This document shows, piece after piece, positions 14,001 to 27,649 of a stretch of 64,000 nucleotides of DNA (the stretch's first letter is position 1; each line of letters starts with the position of its first letter). This stretch comes from Takakia lepidozioides. Lineage: Eukaryota; Plantae; Bryophyta. Position numbers and translations under genes: made by a program. Location: positions 29,326,001-29,390,000 of the forward strand of contig CM060731.1 of the NCBI GenBank assembly GCA_030704615.1, in the 5' to 3' direction. The notes below the pieces were generated by a model. The model was not told the DNA's origin. It saw only the letters and a program-made list of their open reading frames with translations, and ran no database searches.

Positions 14001-17000
14001 TGGGTATTCCCTTTCTCAGCACTCTAAGTCTGAATCAAGGTTTCATCCTTTTTTGAGCTATGCAGTAAAGGAGAACGAGTGATCATGTGTTATATTTGTG
14101 AGGGTGCAGGGTGAGTTTGGGCACATGTATTTGGATCTGTATGCACGGCCAGGGAAGTTCCCTGGCTGTGCACATTTCACGCTGAAGGGTTGCCGGCAGC
14201 TTTCGACCTCAGACCACCAACTCCCGGTATTGATCGAGTTTTTGGGGAACCATTCATAGGCTGTTATATTAGCGAAGTCATTTGATCTTGTTGGACAGTG
14301 TAGATCACTATGGGGATTGGGGCATACCAGCTGGGCTGCCCTCAGTGACCCATAGTTGCGGACATATTATTTGCCATCGGGGTCCTGGTAGCATCTCTAC
14401 ACTCCGATTACCGCATTTAGCTTTTCACTTTGCTGAGAATGCGAAGTCAGAAATTGAATGTACACCAATCTATACTCTTAGATTAGTAAATCTAGCTCTT
14501 CAAGTTGGAAGAATGGATAGTGTAAATCTGAATTTATTTCCCTATACTGTCATTTTTGCCTGAAGTTAAACTGTACCTCCTGAGCTACAAAGCTTTATCT
14601 ATGCAAGTGCACACATTATGATGTCTGCTGATCCTGCAGAACTGCTGTGAACACAGGTAGTGGCATTAGTGTGCAACTTTGTCAAGCCCAATGGGAATGC
14701 GCCTCCAATTTTGAACCACTGGGAAGTGGAGACATTGTTTCATGAGTTTGGCCATGCTATCCACTCGCTGCTCTCCCGCACGGTGATGCCTCATAGACAC
14801 AACCACCCTCTTTGGTAGAACGTTAAAAGCTCACATCAAGGGTGCAGATAAACTTAGCAGGAGTGTGAGAACCTTGTGGTTGGTAGAAGCTTTAGATACA
14901 TATATTGACTAACTTAAAAATTTACCAATTCACTGTCTGCAATTGTGTTTGTTAGGTTGCGTCTTTCTCTCTCTCTCGTCGGGACTTTTGCGGGGTCTAT
15001 GGCCACAGGACTATGGCAATCGACGTCTTATGATTACAATCTCGTCTGGACTGACATTAGAAGGTGTATGCTTTACACTAAGAGATCTGTGAATCGTTCG
15101 ATCCAAAAGTGGCAATTTCTCTGTAGGGAAGAGGCCCAGGCCTTGAAAGAGGCTCTCCCACCCTTCAATTGCTCCGAGATCTCCCCTCTTGCTCGGGTGA
15201 TGCAAGAAGTGAGATCGAAAGAGCTATGGACTCTTCAGAGTGTTTCGCCATTCTGTGGTTAATATGATGATTGAAAGGAAACTAATTGTATTGTAGTGCG
15301 TTTCAAAGGTTTTCACAATCTCAACCATAGAAGTCACCTGAACCCTTGTCATTCCTTAAAGCGTGTACCTGCTGAATTTTTGGGCCTGTAAAAACGCTGT
15401 AAGGCCAACGAGGATCCTTTTATCATTACCGCTTCCCAATACGTTTTCTTTTAAGCCTTCAGCTGATTTACATCTTTTCGCAGCTGGGAATATCTAGAGC
15501 ACAGCTCTTTGTCATCTTTGTAATTATAGCAGTCCCTATGAAACACCCGTCTCTTGGTGATCTTAAGATTGATCTCATTGGTCCACCAATTCACTGCAAT
15601 CCAAGACAACCCTGATGAACTGGAGTATATCACAAAGGGATATAACACGCCCATTAGTTCGTCTGAGGTTGCTGAAGCAATAGAACATCGCTATAGAGCC
15701 AGTGGGTGTGATGGCATTGTGAACCTGCTACTCAAGCATGGTGGCAATCCTATGGTAGAGGCGCTTGCCATCCTCTTGAACCTTACTTGGAAGACTGAAA
15801 TGATACCATATTGCTGGAGAGAGGGTGTCATTGTCAATCTGTAATACCCTGGCATTACACTTCTTAACGCAGTTGGCAAGCTGTGTTGTAGGATAATAAG
15901 AACCCCTCTCGAGGTTGATTTGGAGTCTAGAAGTGCTTTCCATGAAGGTCAGGTGGGCTTCCGGAGAAATAGGCATTGCCTCGACCATTTTTTTACATCC
16001 AGGAAGAAGACAAACGTGGGTTTTCATTAGTTTCCCGTCCCTGGATAGTCCGGCTTAGGGTGGCTTATCACCGGTATGGTGTGATGGCTCTTGAGGTCAG
16101 GGGAAAAAATTTGTAGGATGGTCCACAACCTGTATGCAAACAACAAATTTTTTGTTGTGGTCAAGCCAGAATCTAATTTCTTTGACATTGACCAAGGTGT
16201 AGCTCAAGGTTGTACCCTCTTCCTACTGCTCTTCAATGTTTTCATGAATCAGCGCCTTTAAGAGGGATTTGGGTTAAAGGTGGGTGATGCCACCATACCA
16301 GCTGGTATGTTTGCAGATGACTTTGTGGGCCTAGGGAATACCCCATCCAATCTTCAGGAGTTGATTGAGTGTGTGAAGAGGTACTTTGACCTGTGGAGGC
16401 TGCAAGCCAATGTTAGTTAATGTGCGGTGGTGGCCTTCAATGATCGTGGGGAAGGAAGAGCAAATGGACATGGGGCAGTGAAGAGATCCCTGTGCTCCCT
16501 TCCTTGCTATGGGTTCAATTTGTCCATGGCACAGGGATTAATATGGACCTGCTTTGCAATGTTATATGGCCTACCTTGGGGTATGCATCTGCCGTGTTGG
16601 AAGGCAACTCCAACCATGCTAAACCTTTAGAATTAGAGGAAATCTGGAAAGCCCGATCAAATTTTTCATATCAAAGTAAGTCCTACTGGAGTGAGCCCCT
16701 CACAAAGGCGTCTCTGTTCCCTCTTGTTCTGCCCTGGGTGTGTCTATGGCCTCAAGGCTACCGCAAACAATGTTTTATCAGTATATTTTTCTGTTGAGAA
16801 ACTATGTGCAATCCCTTGAGCAATAGTTGCTTTTGGGCTTCTTGTGGCCTCTCTCTTGTTTCTCACTTCCTCTTGTCCCATAAGCTCTTTGAGCTTTCCA
16901 CGGATGTTATCAAGTATCATTTAATTTCATTTCTCTTTCAACTTCCAGCCACCTTTCAAAACCGAGGCTGAGCCTAAAGCCCTGGCCCTGTTGGGGTCTA

Positions 17001-19195
17001 ACTGCTGGGCAGACTACCTGGCTTTCTCGAAGAAATCTGGAAAGCCTGAACAAATTGCTTAGATCACAGTAAGTCCCACTACTGGAGTGAACTGCACACA
17101 AAGGTAGTGTCTGTTCCCTTTTGTTCCACACAAACTGGGCTTGGGGTCTATGTCTGCAATGCTATGACTAACGTCTTTTGAGTACATTATCTCTCTTTTG
17201 AAAGTACCATTTCATTTCATTTCATGTTTTCTTCGGTGTTTTGAATGCTAAAACTATGTCATCACTGAGTCTTCCCTGTGTTGTCACAGTAACTTAGTAC
17301 ATCTTCATCCTTTGTTGGGAACTAATGAAGTTAGTGGTGAGTTGTAATAGCTGGTCACTGTTATACAGGATGTAGTTGGTTTCTCTCCTTCTCTCGGATT
17401 GGCTCTCTAAGTGACGAGACTGCATTCTTTCTGGTTTGATTCATTTTGTTGTTCTTCTTCCCTGTGTTTTTCCTTGATGTTTTGTCCTGGTACTTGTGTT
17501 TTGTCTCTGAATGCTCTTCCTTATGTTGGATGTGGCTATCTTATTGTCTATGTTACCTTCCAAATATGAGTTCGGCGTCTAGGCTTTTACATTAATAGTT
17601 ACAATTTACTGTCTGGCTGGGGCTTTGCTGTTGTAAGTTTTTTGTGTGATTTGCACAGAATGGACTGCTGTAATAATGCCAAATTTCATGGGGCCAGGGG
17701 AGAAGTTTGCACTTTACATGTCATTGTATCTGTGTTATCTTGGGTGTTTTTTCATGTCAAATCCTTTGCAGTGAAGTACAAGGAAGAGTGGCAGCTGTCA
17801 GTAAGAAGCCCTGCATTTCCTGGGGGCTGAGGCGTAAAACCGTGTTAACGTGTCTGTTGGAACATTTTCCTGGTCCCACAACCCATTGTGCATCTCTTCT
17901 GATTGTAGATTAGTCTGAATTTGTATTCAGTGCCATTATTCCTGATTTTCTATATTGTGGGGGATTCCGTAACAGGATTATCAGCACTTCTCTGGCACAA
18001 GAACAGTGCTTGATGTCTCAGAAACGCCCTCTCAACTCTTTGAGTAAGCCTTTTAATCCCGGAATGGATGCACGTATTTGCACAGTTGCAATTGGATTGC
18101 ATAATGTCTGCATAAGATTGCATACCAGTGAGAGAAGAAAGAAGAGATCTTTCCATGTTTTGGCTTCAAATGTTTGGTCTGGGGTGTTTTCTCTTTAAGA
18201 GGACATTTGAGGGTCTATCATGAGGATCTTTTGTAAACCAGCAGACCTTTGAATATGGATGGAAGCTAGTCCTCCATTGCACAGTTCTGAGTGGTTGTAC
18301 TTGAAACATTGCAATTTGTAATCGTACGAGGTGCATCAAAGAACATGACATTTGTGGCAGGTATTATGCTTGGGATTACAGGGTTCTCAGTAGATTTGCG
18401 AGGCACTACCTTACGGGTGAGCCTATTCCAGAGAAGATGGTTGAGGCCATGAACCAAGCCAAGCGAATGCTATCTGCCACCGAGATTCAACGCCAGGTTG
18501 CATCCCTGTTTATTCCCTTCAAACTGTTACCCCCTTCTAGTAGAAGCACCTGCACCCATTCAACTTGAGTGTTCTCCCCCAGTTCTTGTATTTCAAATCA
18601 GTGATGTTATTTTGGTTGAAATTTATTGTGGACTAATCTGGGCCATTTATGTAAACTGCAGGTGCTATATGCTTTGATCGACCAAACCTTATTTGGCAAA
18701 CAGCCTCTTCCTGCAAAGGACACCACGGCAGTGATAGCAGAATTGAAGCTACGGCATACGGGAGTCAAGCATGTTGATGGCACTCATTGGCATACTCGAT
18801 TCAACCATCTTGTCAGCTATGGTGCTGGTGTATATCTCTTACCGTATCATCTCTTTGAAGTTTGTCATAACAAAACTACCAAAGAGGGGGACCCAACTGG
18901 TTCTGTTTTGTTGTTTCTCCATAATTTGATCCAGTGTTGTAATTGTGCAGGGTACTACAGCTACTTGTATGCAAGGTGCTTTGCAGCAACCATTTGGCGC
19001 AAACATTGTTTGGATGATCCCTTGAGTATAACTACAGGGGATAGACTGCGCTCTGGCTTTCTAATGCATGGGGGTGCCAAGGAGCCATCCAAAATGATGC
19101 AAGACTTTCTAGGGGAAGATTCACTGGTTTGCTCTTCATTGGGAGTCCGACCCTGCACTGAGCAATTGCTTACCGACATTGGGATCCCACAATGA
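8008..19195 (+). CDS. OCT1: Mitochondrial intermediate peptidase (M3A metallopeptidase, OCT1/MIP), 17 exons
   Basis: GT-AG exons 8008-8384, 8865-8946, 9224-9276, 9871-9925, 10131-10272, 10701-10755, 10912-11143, 11667-11762, 12223-12342, 12657-12785, 13447-13602, 14110-14226, 14657-14782, 17976-18043, 18361-18496, 18662-18827, 18951-19195. Motifs: GLYGYEILKTAKGF, DAAELCRNTHPD, LFHEFGHAIHSLLSRT (HExxH at 14741-14755), QHFSGTR, HLVSYGAGYYSYLYA. The start codon is less certain. Confidence 0.93.
12878..12959. repeat. 36-bp inverted repeat with a 10-nt loop, formed by two opposed copies of the short repeat
   Basis: AAGGCTACGGCAAACAACGTCTTATGAGTACATTCT / AGAATGTACTCGTAAGATGTTGTTTGCCATAGCCTT; 33 of 36 positions are Watson-Crick. 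Confidence 0.9.
15285..16795 (+). mobile_element. Degenerate non-LTR retrotransposon (LINE) RT fragment in OCT1 intron 13, with an inverted 5' segment
   Basis: Plus strand: GCDGIVNLLLKHGG..IPYCWREGVIVNL..GITLLNAVGKL..QVGFR..GVAQGC..MFADD. Minus strand at 15285-15597: WWTNEINLKITKRR...FETHYNTI (the EN-RT linker). It ends in a copy of the short repeat at ~16735. Confidence 0.8.
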
Positions 19196-19930
19196 TAGGT
19201 CACTGCTAAACTGCTGGTCAGAAATGTTCTTGCATTGGGTAATAGACTGGAGTGCAAGAGTTAGCGCATGCCCACAGCGCAACTGGGATGACTTCATCAC
19301 TCAGTGAGGCGAACCATACGTGGCCATTAGAAAATCTTAGTGAGGAAAGAGGAGGGAAAGGTGGGGAAAATGGGCTGGTCGCGGTGGATATGCTGTCAAC
19401 AAGAACCAGGGCAGCTTCTTCTCTCCTGGGTTGTTTATGCAGAGAGGATATGGTCATTGACATTTGCATGACACACCCTTGGACGTCTTAATATTTGCAC
19501 AGGTCATGTCCAGTTACAGTGGATGAAGGAGTGATCTAAGGGCTGGCATCAGCATCACAGTCGAGCATCATGTTGAATCTGTACTGGGATACAGTTCTGT
19601 ACCCAGTGACATTATAGTGAGAGAATGGGGAGGTAGATGTTTGTAGCTCATAGCTTTTACTTGTCCTAGCCCTGTTGCTTGCTTCTTAAAGGGAGCGACT
19701 TGGAACAAGAACGTCCCCTTATGCAAGCGGATTCCACCTGAAATGTAGGTGTAGTACAAACTCAAATTAGGAGAACAAGGCTTTGTTGGCGTTTTGCCTC
19801 TTGAAGTTTGTCGGAATGGACAAGACAAGGTACTGAATCTTTATTGCATAAGATTAAAACTAGAATATTGCATCTTGAGAGTGCAAGCATAAGCAAAGCT
19901 ACCGAGATTTTTTGGTTCCTTTTGAGTTAG

Positions 19931-20130
19931 ACACCACCGGTTGGTGGATACAGTACTGATTGCCACCCAGCTGATTCTGGGTTCAATTCTGGGTGTGGTA
20001 TGTCCCTCCCGTCCCTTGGGCGGTGTCCCTTAGGCTTGGCGCTGCATGGCGAGTTTACTACGAAAGTCGGTAGCTGAATTGGATAGAGCACTGGCTATAA
20101 CCTGGGTAATTTTGCGTTCAATCCTTCTTC
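19931..20130 (+). other. Two degenerate tRNA-like segments (tRNA pseudogenes or SINE heads)
   Basis: The first has a TTGCCAC anticodon-like loop (Gly-GCC) and B-box GGTTCAATTC. The second has A-box-like TAGCTGAATTGG and B-box GTTCAATCC. Cloverleaf stems are poor. Confidence 0.35.
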
Positions 20131-21582
20131 CTTGAGAGGTGTCGTATGTTCTTCCTCCCAAAGGTGCCTCAGCTGATGAAAGAGGTTATTTTCAGTGTTG
20201 TGGGGTTCAGGTTGGTTTTAGTATGGTTAACTAGAATTACCTACCTCTAGTTAATTATGACATTTTGGATATTTGTACTTGTATTTTGTGTGTTGGGACT
20301 TCATTTGGTCTCATATGTAGAGTGAGGTGTCAAGCTTCACTTGGGACATGGGGAGAGGTTTTCCGCTTGTGAGGGCTGAGGATTGTTTGAAATTTGTGAA
20401 ATTCCGAGAGATAAATGGCCCACATCTTTTTGCACATTCCCACCATGCAATCCCGGGGAGCAGGGATTCTGGTGATCAAACCATAGAGAAATGTATCAGA
20501 GAAATGGACACTATGAAAACCATTATTAGCATCCTACGTACCACTATGTAGAACCTCCACCGTAGAGTGGAGGTTCACAAGTTGAGACTATTTTCAATCA
20601 AGAAGAAGTTATTCCGGACAACTCCATTGTCCCTGAAAAACAGGTTGATCCACACATGTTGAAAATCAGATTATATAAAGAGGCAAATCTCGCCGTTCAA
20701 TACATCATCCGGATACAATAATATTTCAAGAGCTAAATGCAAAATCCTAAAGGAAAATTTGAGAATGGAAATTGTCTGATAGTTGTGGGCTACTATGCAT
20801 TTCCATCCACTACACTCTTGTGAGAATTTCCTGCATCCAAAGGATGAATAAGGATCTCTCAAATCGCCCTCAGGGTCTCAGGGGAATAGTGTGGAGGGGT
20901 ATATGCTGCAGGGGAATAGCTCAGAGATCCAGGGATGTACTCTGGCTACGCTGGGGAAAAGCCAGGAGAGCCAGAGACGTATCCTGTGGATTCGAGTGGA
21001 TACTAGGGAGAGGGAGATGATGAAAGGTATCATACTGTCATATTTCTCGACCTAAGGTCATAGCATTCAGGGGACTTTGGAGTATATCCTGGGGAATCAC
21101 AAATTGTGCCAAGACATCTCGGAGACCCCGTTCTGTGATGTGGTGAACCAGATGAAAATATCTGTGGGGAGGGATATCTTCCTCTCTGTAGCTTTTTATT
21201 GTGCTGGTTTCTTCCAGTATCTAATGATGACGAACTCCATTGAACCCTGATGGATAAATGATCTGGGTAGAACCCCCAACCGCTAATATCCGAAATTTCA
21301 TTTACAACACTCTTCTTTGAGCCATGTGGTTCTGACACATCAAGTTCTCGGTTTGAGTTGTCCGCTTCCTTGATGTCTAATGGACTCTGGCTCCTGCGCC
21401 TCTTACATAGCCCGCAGTCGGGTTTATCCCCAACCGCAGATACCGGTTCCCCTCCTACGCACCGGTTATTCATACTGACAACACAGAGAATCACAGCAAG
21501 AAAGACGACATAAGGAAATTTCGAACCTCGATTGTTAAGTGGAGGTTTAGAACTTTCAATTCCTCTCGTTACTTCAAAAATA

Positions 21583-22353
21583 CCGTACTTACCTAGCTTA
21601 TTAGGCAATAATTCATTCAAAATCAAGTGCCTAATTAAATTTAGACCATTTTTGGAAAATATGCCTAAAACTTGGAAAATGCTCCTGAGAAGTGCCTAAT
21701 TGCTCAAAAACTGTGAAAAAAACCAAAATGTCCAAATATGTGAAAAAAATGTCTAAATTGTATTATTTAAAGTCCAAAAAATGGCAAAAATGCCTACAAT
21801 TACCTCAACAATAGTTTTTGTGGGAGGTAAAAAATAATTGTTCATTATGTTATTTTGTTATGGACATGGTGCCTTTGGATAAGAACCGTAGATCCTTGAC
21901 AAGAGTGGATGGATGTTTTCTCAAATCAAGTATATTAAGGCTCAACCGAAGATCTAACAACTATGGAGGTGTGCTAAGAGAGAGGAGAGCCATATTTTAA
22001 TAATACGTATCAAAGAGAGAGAGAAGACTCCGGGCAAAACTGGCGAAACTAAGAGCCACTTCGCCTTACGGCTATGCCCCCTTTCGGGGGTGGGCCCTAT
22101 AGACACGTATCAAATAACGCTCTAGTCATGCCTTTTTCAAGTATAAATTTTTACAGAGTAAAGATTTCATAACATCAAGGGTGACATAACAAAAAAGTAG
22201 GTAACATTTATCCAGGGTCGACTGTAATACATGCCTAATGTTTGGAAATTACCTAGGTGAGGTGCCTAAATAATAAAAACGAATCTGCCTAATAATATTC
22301 CATTTTAATTAATTATTAGGCGCGGAAGTGCCTAATAAGCTAGGTAAGTACGG
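21583..22353. mobile_element. Tc1/mariner-pogo-type MITE
   Basis: 25-bp perfect TIR CCGTACTTACCTAGCTTATTAGGCA, flanked by TA on both sides; no ORF. Confidence 0.9.
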
Positions 22354-23874
22354 TAGTCTATCACGTTACGTGTAATCACACGTTCACAAATCCTCTCACA
22401 TCAATATACAATTTTCGTGGGACATATTTGAATTTACCCATTGTGAAGATTTCTCTGGGGATCCATCCAATTTTAAGTGTTTCGTTGAAAAGATTCACAA
22501 GAACCTCCACTGGACACTGGACAAACGAGGTTCTTGTGAGTGCTTCTGCTACACGTCACGTAGGTCTGCATTTGTTCTCACGTGGTTTTGAAAATACGGG
22601 AAGTGACATCCCCAAGTGAGGGGAGCAGATTGAGCGTAGGAGAGCAGAGGTGAGGGGAGCACAACAATCTAGAACGAGTTGCAGAGCAGACCAGAAAGGA
22701 GAGAGTTTGGTGTTTGGCACATCGAAATGGCTAAATCCAGCATGTAAACTTCAAAAAACTTTCTGTTTGCCTATTCTTTTTTAGCCCACGACAAGATGTG
22801 GACTTCTACATAAATTCCACTGTCTGTTCTGTTGAACCCAATTTGTCACAAAATTCTTCGAAAACAAGGATCAGAAATGTTAGGTTACCTGCATAAGGCC
22901 TTCACTCCTAGTCAATAACTCTAGCAATAGTTGTATTTTTGGCTCTGGTTTCGTTCTTGCTCTCACTTTACTATGGTAGAATCTTCACTCTTGCTCTGGT
23001 TTTGTTTGTTCTCTCATGTATACTTCCATTTTGTCACATAAGCTCTATGAGCTTCCCGCGGTCGTTATAGAGCACCATTTTAATTCATTTCATTCCATTT
23101 GTTGCATGTTTGATCACTGTGCTGTCATGTCTTTTGCTCCGCAACTCTTTGTTGTGCTTTGCTTTGCTGCTACTCTTTCAATACACTGTTTGATTTCATT
23201 TCATTGTTGTTTCTCTTTCATTCCGTATCATGCCATTTATTTGTTTCATTTCATCGTTCTTCTCAGTTGCTGGTGGTTTTGTGTGATGGCGGGTTAGGGT
23301 GGTGGATTCTGTATTCATGATTGTTCATGGTTTTGTTGAATCCTTTGTGGTCTTTTTTCTTTTTTCTGAACCGTTTCCATTTATTCTAAACCCATACTCC
23401 AGCGGTAGTTTTGCAATCGTAATTCTCTTCTCTATTTTTCTGTGTGGCAATGTTCTGGCAATTTCTAATGTGATCCAGATTCAACAAATTGAGTTCGGTA
23501 TATTTGGTTATCGCAAAATCCACCGTAGCCTAGTCTAGTCGTAGGCCACCATAGACCTTATCTTGATCTCTGAAGCTATTCGCAGTGTGTAGTATATTTT
23601 TTTTGAGGTAGTATTTTAGAAAAAAATTACTTAAAAAATATGGTTGACAATATCGTTTCACCCAATTTAAAAATATATATATATATCACAAAATATCCAG
23701 AGTTTGACTTTTTAAAAATAATATAATAATTTTTTTAATCTACAGTATAATGTATCCATCCTTGTGAAGTTTCTCATATTTCATCTAGCTCTAATCCATA
23801 AGGATGAAATCAGGTAGAGGTCACCTGAAGTTCAAATATAATTCCAGTGATACACAGTGGATTGATGTTGAAAC

Positions 23875-24467
23875 CAGTGTTAGGCGGATATAGAGTCATC
23901 AGGATATCAATAGTAGGATATCAACCCGGATATCAATGTATCCGGATCCGGATCCGGCAACTATTTGATATCCGGCTATTATTTATATCCGGCGGATACA
24001 TAAAACGGAGGATCCGGATAGGATCCTACCCGCCGGATATAAAAAGGTTTAATAACCGAATTGTATCCGGATATGTAGCCAAAATACCGGATCTCAACCG
24101 GATACAAGAAAATCAAATAAAATATTAATATTTTATTAGAATTTTAATAATTTAAATTGATTAAAAATTAAAAACAAATTACGAGTAAATCTCAATAAAG
24201 TTAAATCAAGGCTACAATGCCCCTGTTTAACAAAAAAAAAATTTCATGATTATTTATATCCGGACTACTCTATAACCGCCGGATATTAAAATCTAAATAT
24301 CCGGACTTATTTATATCCGGCAGATTTTTTAAAAACTTCCACTATGCATAACCAGCGGATATTAGAAATGCAAATTACTCTAATATCCGGATCCGCGGGA
24401 TATATCATTCACTAATTTGTCAAGTATCCCGACCCGGCTGATATAAAAAAAAACTAAGAACCGCCTG
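23875..24467. mobile_element. hAT-type MITE 1 (right TIR partly deleted)
   Basis: Starts CAGTGTTAGGCGG and ends CCGCCTG. 8-bp TSD GTTGAAAC at 23867-23874 and 24468-24475. Dense ATCCGG subterminal motifs. Confidence 0.8.
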
Positions 24468-24475
24468 GTTGAAAC

Positions 24476-25327
24476 CAGTATTGGGCGGGTATTCATTACC
24501 CTGATATACATGGCGGGTATATCAGGGTATATTGATATATATATACCCTGGTGTGGCAAGTTTAGGTACAGGATGTATACCCTTATAGCAGGGAATATTT
24601 TTATGATATACCCTTATCCTTATATTTACCCTGCCAAGACGTTCAATATACCCTACTTTTCTGAAGGGTATATGTTAAAATGAAGGGTATATCTAGGGTA
24701 CATAATAAGGGCCTTTATGTGCCTACATAGCCTTTATGTGCTAGGTGTTTTCTCTTTTTGTTGTGTTGTTAGAAAGCCTTGAGCTATAAGAAAGCTCTAT
24801 CATTCCTAAAATGTCATATAACCCAAAGAATACCTCTTCAGATCTTGCATATATGTTCTTAAAAAAAACCTGGGAGCGACAGCCCACAATTTAGGCCCTT
24901 GGGGGGGGGGGGGTGGATTTTGTGTTTTTTTTAAATCTCAAACCTCCTCCATCTTGCATTGGGAATTAAAACCAAAATATTCTGCAATATCTTATCAATT
25001 TTATCTTTTACCATAGTTTTTTTTTTTGCATTTTTTGCATTTTGTACATATTGAAGAACATCATATATTCTTTAAAACCATTAAATTATATATTAATTAA
25101 ATAAGTATCCATAGGCGGAAACTATTCATACCCTCAGGGTATATTTTGGCATACATATCCATATCCGGGGGTTATATAGAAATCTGAAAAGTTTATTACC
25201 CATACTCGGAGGGTAAATAATTTTTGAGATTTCCAATTTATCCAGTCCCGGAGGGTAAATGATTTGACAAAAATAATTTACTTATATCCTAAGGGTATAT
25301 TGAAATCAATATACCCGCCCAACACCG
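24476..25327. mobile_element. hAT-type MITE 2, in tandem with MITE 1
   Basis: TIRs CAGTATTGGGCGGGTAT...ATACCCGCCCAACACCG; flanks GTTGAAAC and GTTGAGAC (25328-25335); ATACCC subterminal motifs. Confidence 0.85.
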
Positions 25328-25355
25328 GTTGAGACCAGAATCTCAACAGTGACTA

Positions 25356-25675
25356 CCGTACTTTGCTGTCAGATTCAACAGCACAGTGCCGAAATAATTA
25401 TTTTTTGGAGGTTTAGTCCATTTGGCACCTCATATTTTATACTACAGGGTTTCGGCAGTTTAGGATTGAATTTTTTTGAAGTTTAGTATGTATGAAGTAT
25501 GCGTGTTTAGTATGTATTCTGTTCTTTAGTAGATTTTTTGAGATTTTTCAAATTTTCTTATTTTTGGACAAACGTATGTAATATTTCTGGATTTCTAGAC
25601 ACACTTGAATTAATTCAAAAATTTCAACAACCCAAAATATAATTAATTTGTGTCGAATCTGACAGCAACGTAGGG
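25356..25675. mobile_element. Tc1/mariner-pogo-type MITE at the distal end of the LINE fragment
   Basis: Imperfect TIR CCGTACTTTGCTGTCAGATTCAACA / CCCTACGTTGCTGTCAGATTCGACA; TA on both sides. Confidence 0.8.
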
Positions 25676-25677
25676 TA

Positions 25678-27465
25678 ATAGAGTAGACTGGAGACTGGAT
25701 TGCTGTTGTTTTTGAGTATAGTTAAGTAACAGGTTGATGGGTGATAATGGCTGAGGGTCCCAGTCTCTGTAGAGACCCTTTACCAAAGGCCAGATTTTCC
25801 TCGGTGCGTTGCAGCCAAGAAGGCAATGTTCTAGTATCCAGCAGGCCTGGAATTGGAGCCACTCTCCAACCTTAAAGAGCCCTGTTTGCAATTTGCCACA
25901 GGAATGCTGAAATTTTCGCAGGTCTAGTTTTTTGCCATATAGAGCTCCAAATGGCTTTCCAGTTTTCGTTATGAAAGCCGTAGGATTGCCATCTAGTGTT
26001 CCATTTGTCATGAAGGGGTTCCTGGGCTGCCATAGCTCTGTAGGCCTTTCTACTGGTGTAAGCAAAGAAGGGGGGGTTGGTGACCCTTTGAATGCCCAAC
26101 TCCATTCTTTGGGGTCAAATTGCAGGTCTTCCGAGGATCCAAACAAATGTAGAACTCGAAAGCCAGGCCTGAATGGGTATTGCAGGGTCTGGCTGCGGGT
26201 TCATGTCTTTTGTGGGGGAGGACCAACAGCATATTCTCGCCGGGGTATGAACAAATAGAGGGATGTGTGACATGTCTTGGTTATGAAGGGATAGGACCAT
26301 TGTAATCGGGTGAATAGAGAATGGATAGCCCAGGAAGCCGTTTTGAATTCTATCCACCACGAAGAAGACGGAGATTGCTGTTCACAATCCCTAGAGACCA
26401 AAAATTGGTATTCGGAGATGAGCCTCCCAATTGTAGGTTTGCAAGCTAGGATGATGGAATTGAGTCCTTAACTGCCTGATAGCCCCAATCAGCTCTAGCC
26501 TTACGACTTTGAGAGCAACGGATGTGTGGTCTTGAAAAGAGTGGTTGGTCCAGATATCCTTGATTTGACTAATCCCTTCTTTGTCCCAGGAAGACCATCT
26601 CTTTGCCTGGGATTTCTGAGCTTGCAATAGATCATTGCTGTTCAGAAATAAATGTTGCCTTAATGTTCGAAGGATAGGGGTTCCGATTTTCTGAGAAGGT
26701 GTCTTAGCCTTCCCCACGCTTGCCAGATGGTTGACCATAGAGAGGATCCTATCGATTTGAGTTTAAATCCTTGCGTGACCCAGCGGAAGGATGGGTTCCA
26801 TAGAGAGTGTTTGAGAGGCGAGGAGCTTTGAATGTTCCAAGAATTTCCATCATCCCCCTTCCGGGCCAAAGAAACGTGGTATCCTTTTATCTAGCAGGCC
26901 GTGATTTGTGTGTCTGGATCAATGAGGCCAAGGCCCCTGAACTTTTTGGGGAGGCAGATTTGTTTCTAGGATACTTGTGGCCTTTTGCGATGGGAGTTTG
27001 AATCCTTGGCTCCCCAAACAAAATTTCTAAGAAGAGCTCTGATCTGCTTGGTTTGAGATGGATTAGGCCTCCATGATGAAGAGAAGAACCAGATGCCAGC
27101 CGAATGAATTTGATTGACTGCCAGAACTCTGCCTGTCAGTGATAGGTGCTTGGACCCCCAGAAGGCAAGCTTTTTTTTAATTTCGAGAGAGTCGGTGCAA
27201 AGCGTTGCTAATCCGTGAGATCCACTCCGAAGGTGTAACCTAGGTATGTTGTGGTTTGACCTGGTTGAAGCCATGAGAGGCCTAAATGTGACCCCCAGGA
27301 TGGAATGGTGCCTATGGACGATGATGCTGTGTTCCCCACTAATATTGCACATGTTTTGGCCCAATTAACTTTGAACCCCGAAGCTTGACAAAAGGAATTC
27401 AGTGTTTCTGATGTACTATTGAGGTTTTGTGTGGTCGCTTTCAGAATTAGCAGGGTATCATCCAT
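25678..27465 (-). mobile_element. L1/Tx1-clade LINE ORF2 3' fragment (end of RT plus zf-RVT region), degenerate
   Basis: DDTLLIL..SGFKVNWAK..YLGY..LSLTGRVLAVNQI..LRNFVWG..WKAIWSSIWQKTRPAKISAFLWQIANRAL; many frameshifts. Confidence 0.8.
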
Positions 27466-27649
27466 TGATTTGCGCAGGCAGGTGGGTATGGTAGTTTGAG
27501 ACCTGTAGTCCTAGGATGTCTTGGTTGTTTTCTAACATATATCCCAGGGAGTCTGCGACAAATAGGAATAAAAATGGGGCGCATATTCATTCTTTTCAAT
27601 TCTGTATGGAGGAAAAAGCCCAGTCCTGATGTCTATGCATGGCATTCAC

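Noticed and set aside
20300-21626. 198-aa minus-strand ORF and neighbouring frames
   Set aside because: It starts inside a MITE and shows no recognisable motif or splice structure. It may be a decayed gene, but I cannot support a call.
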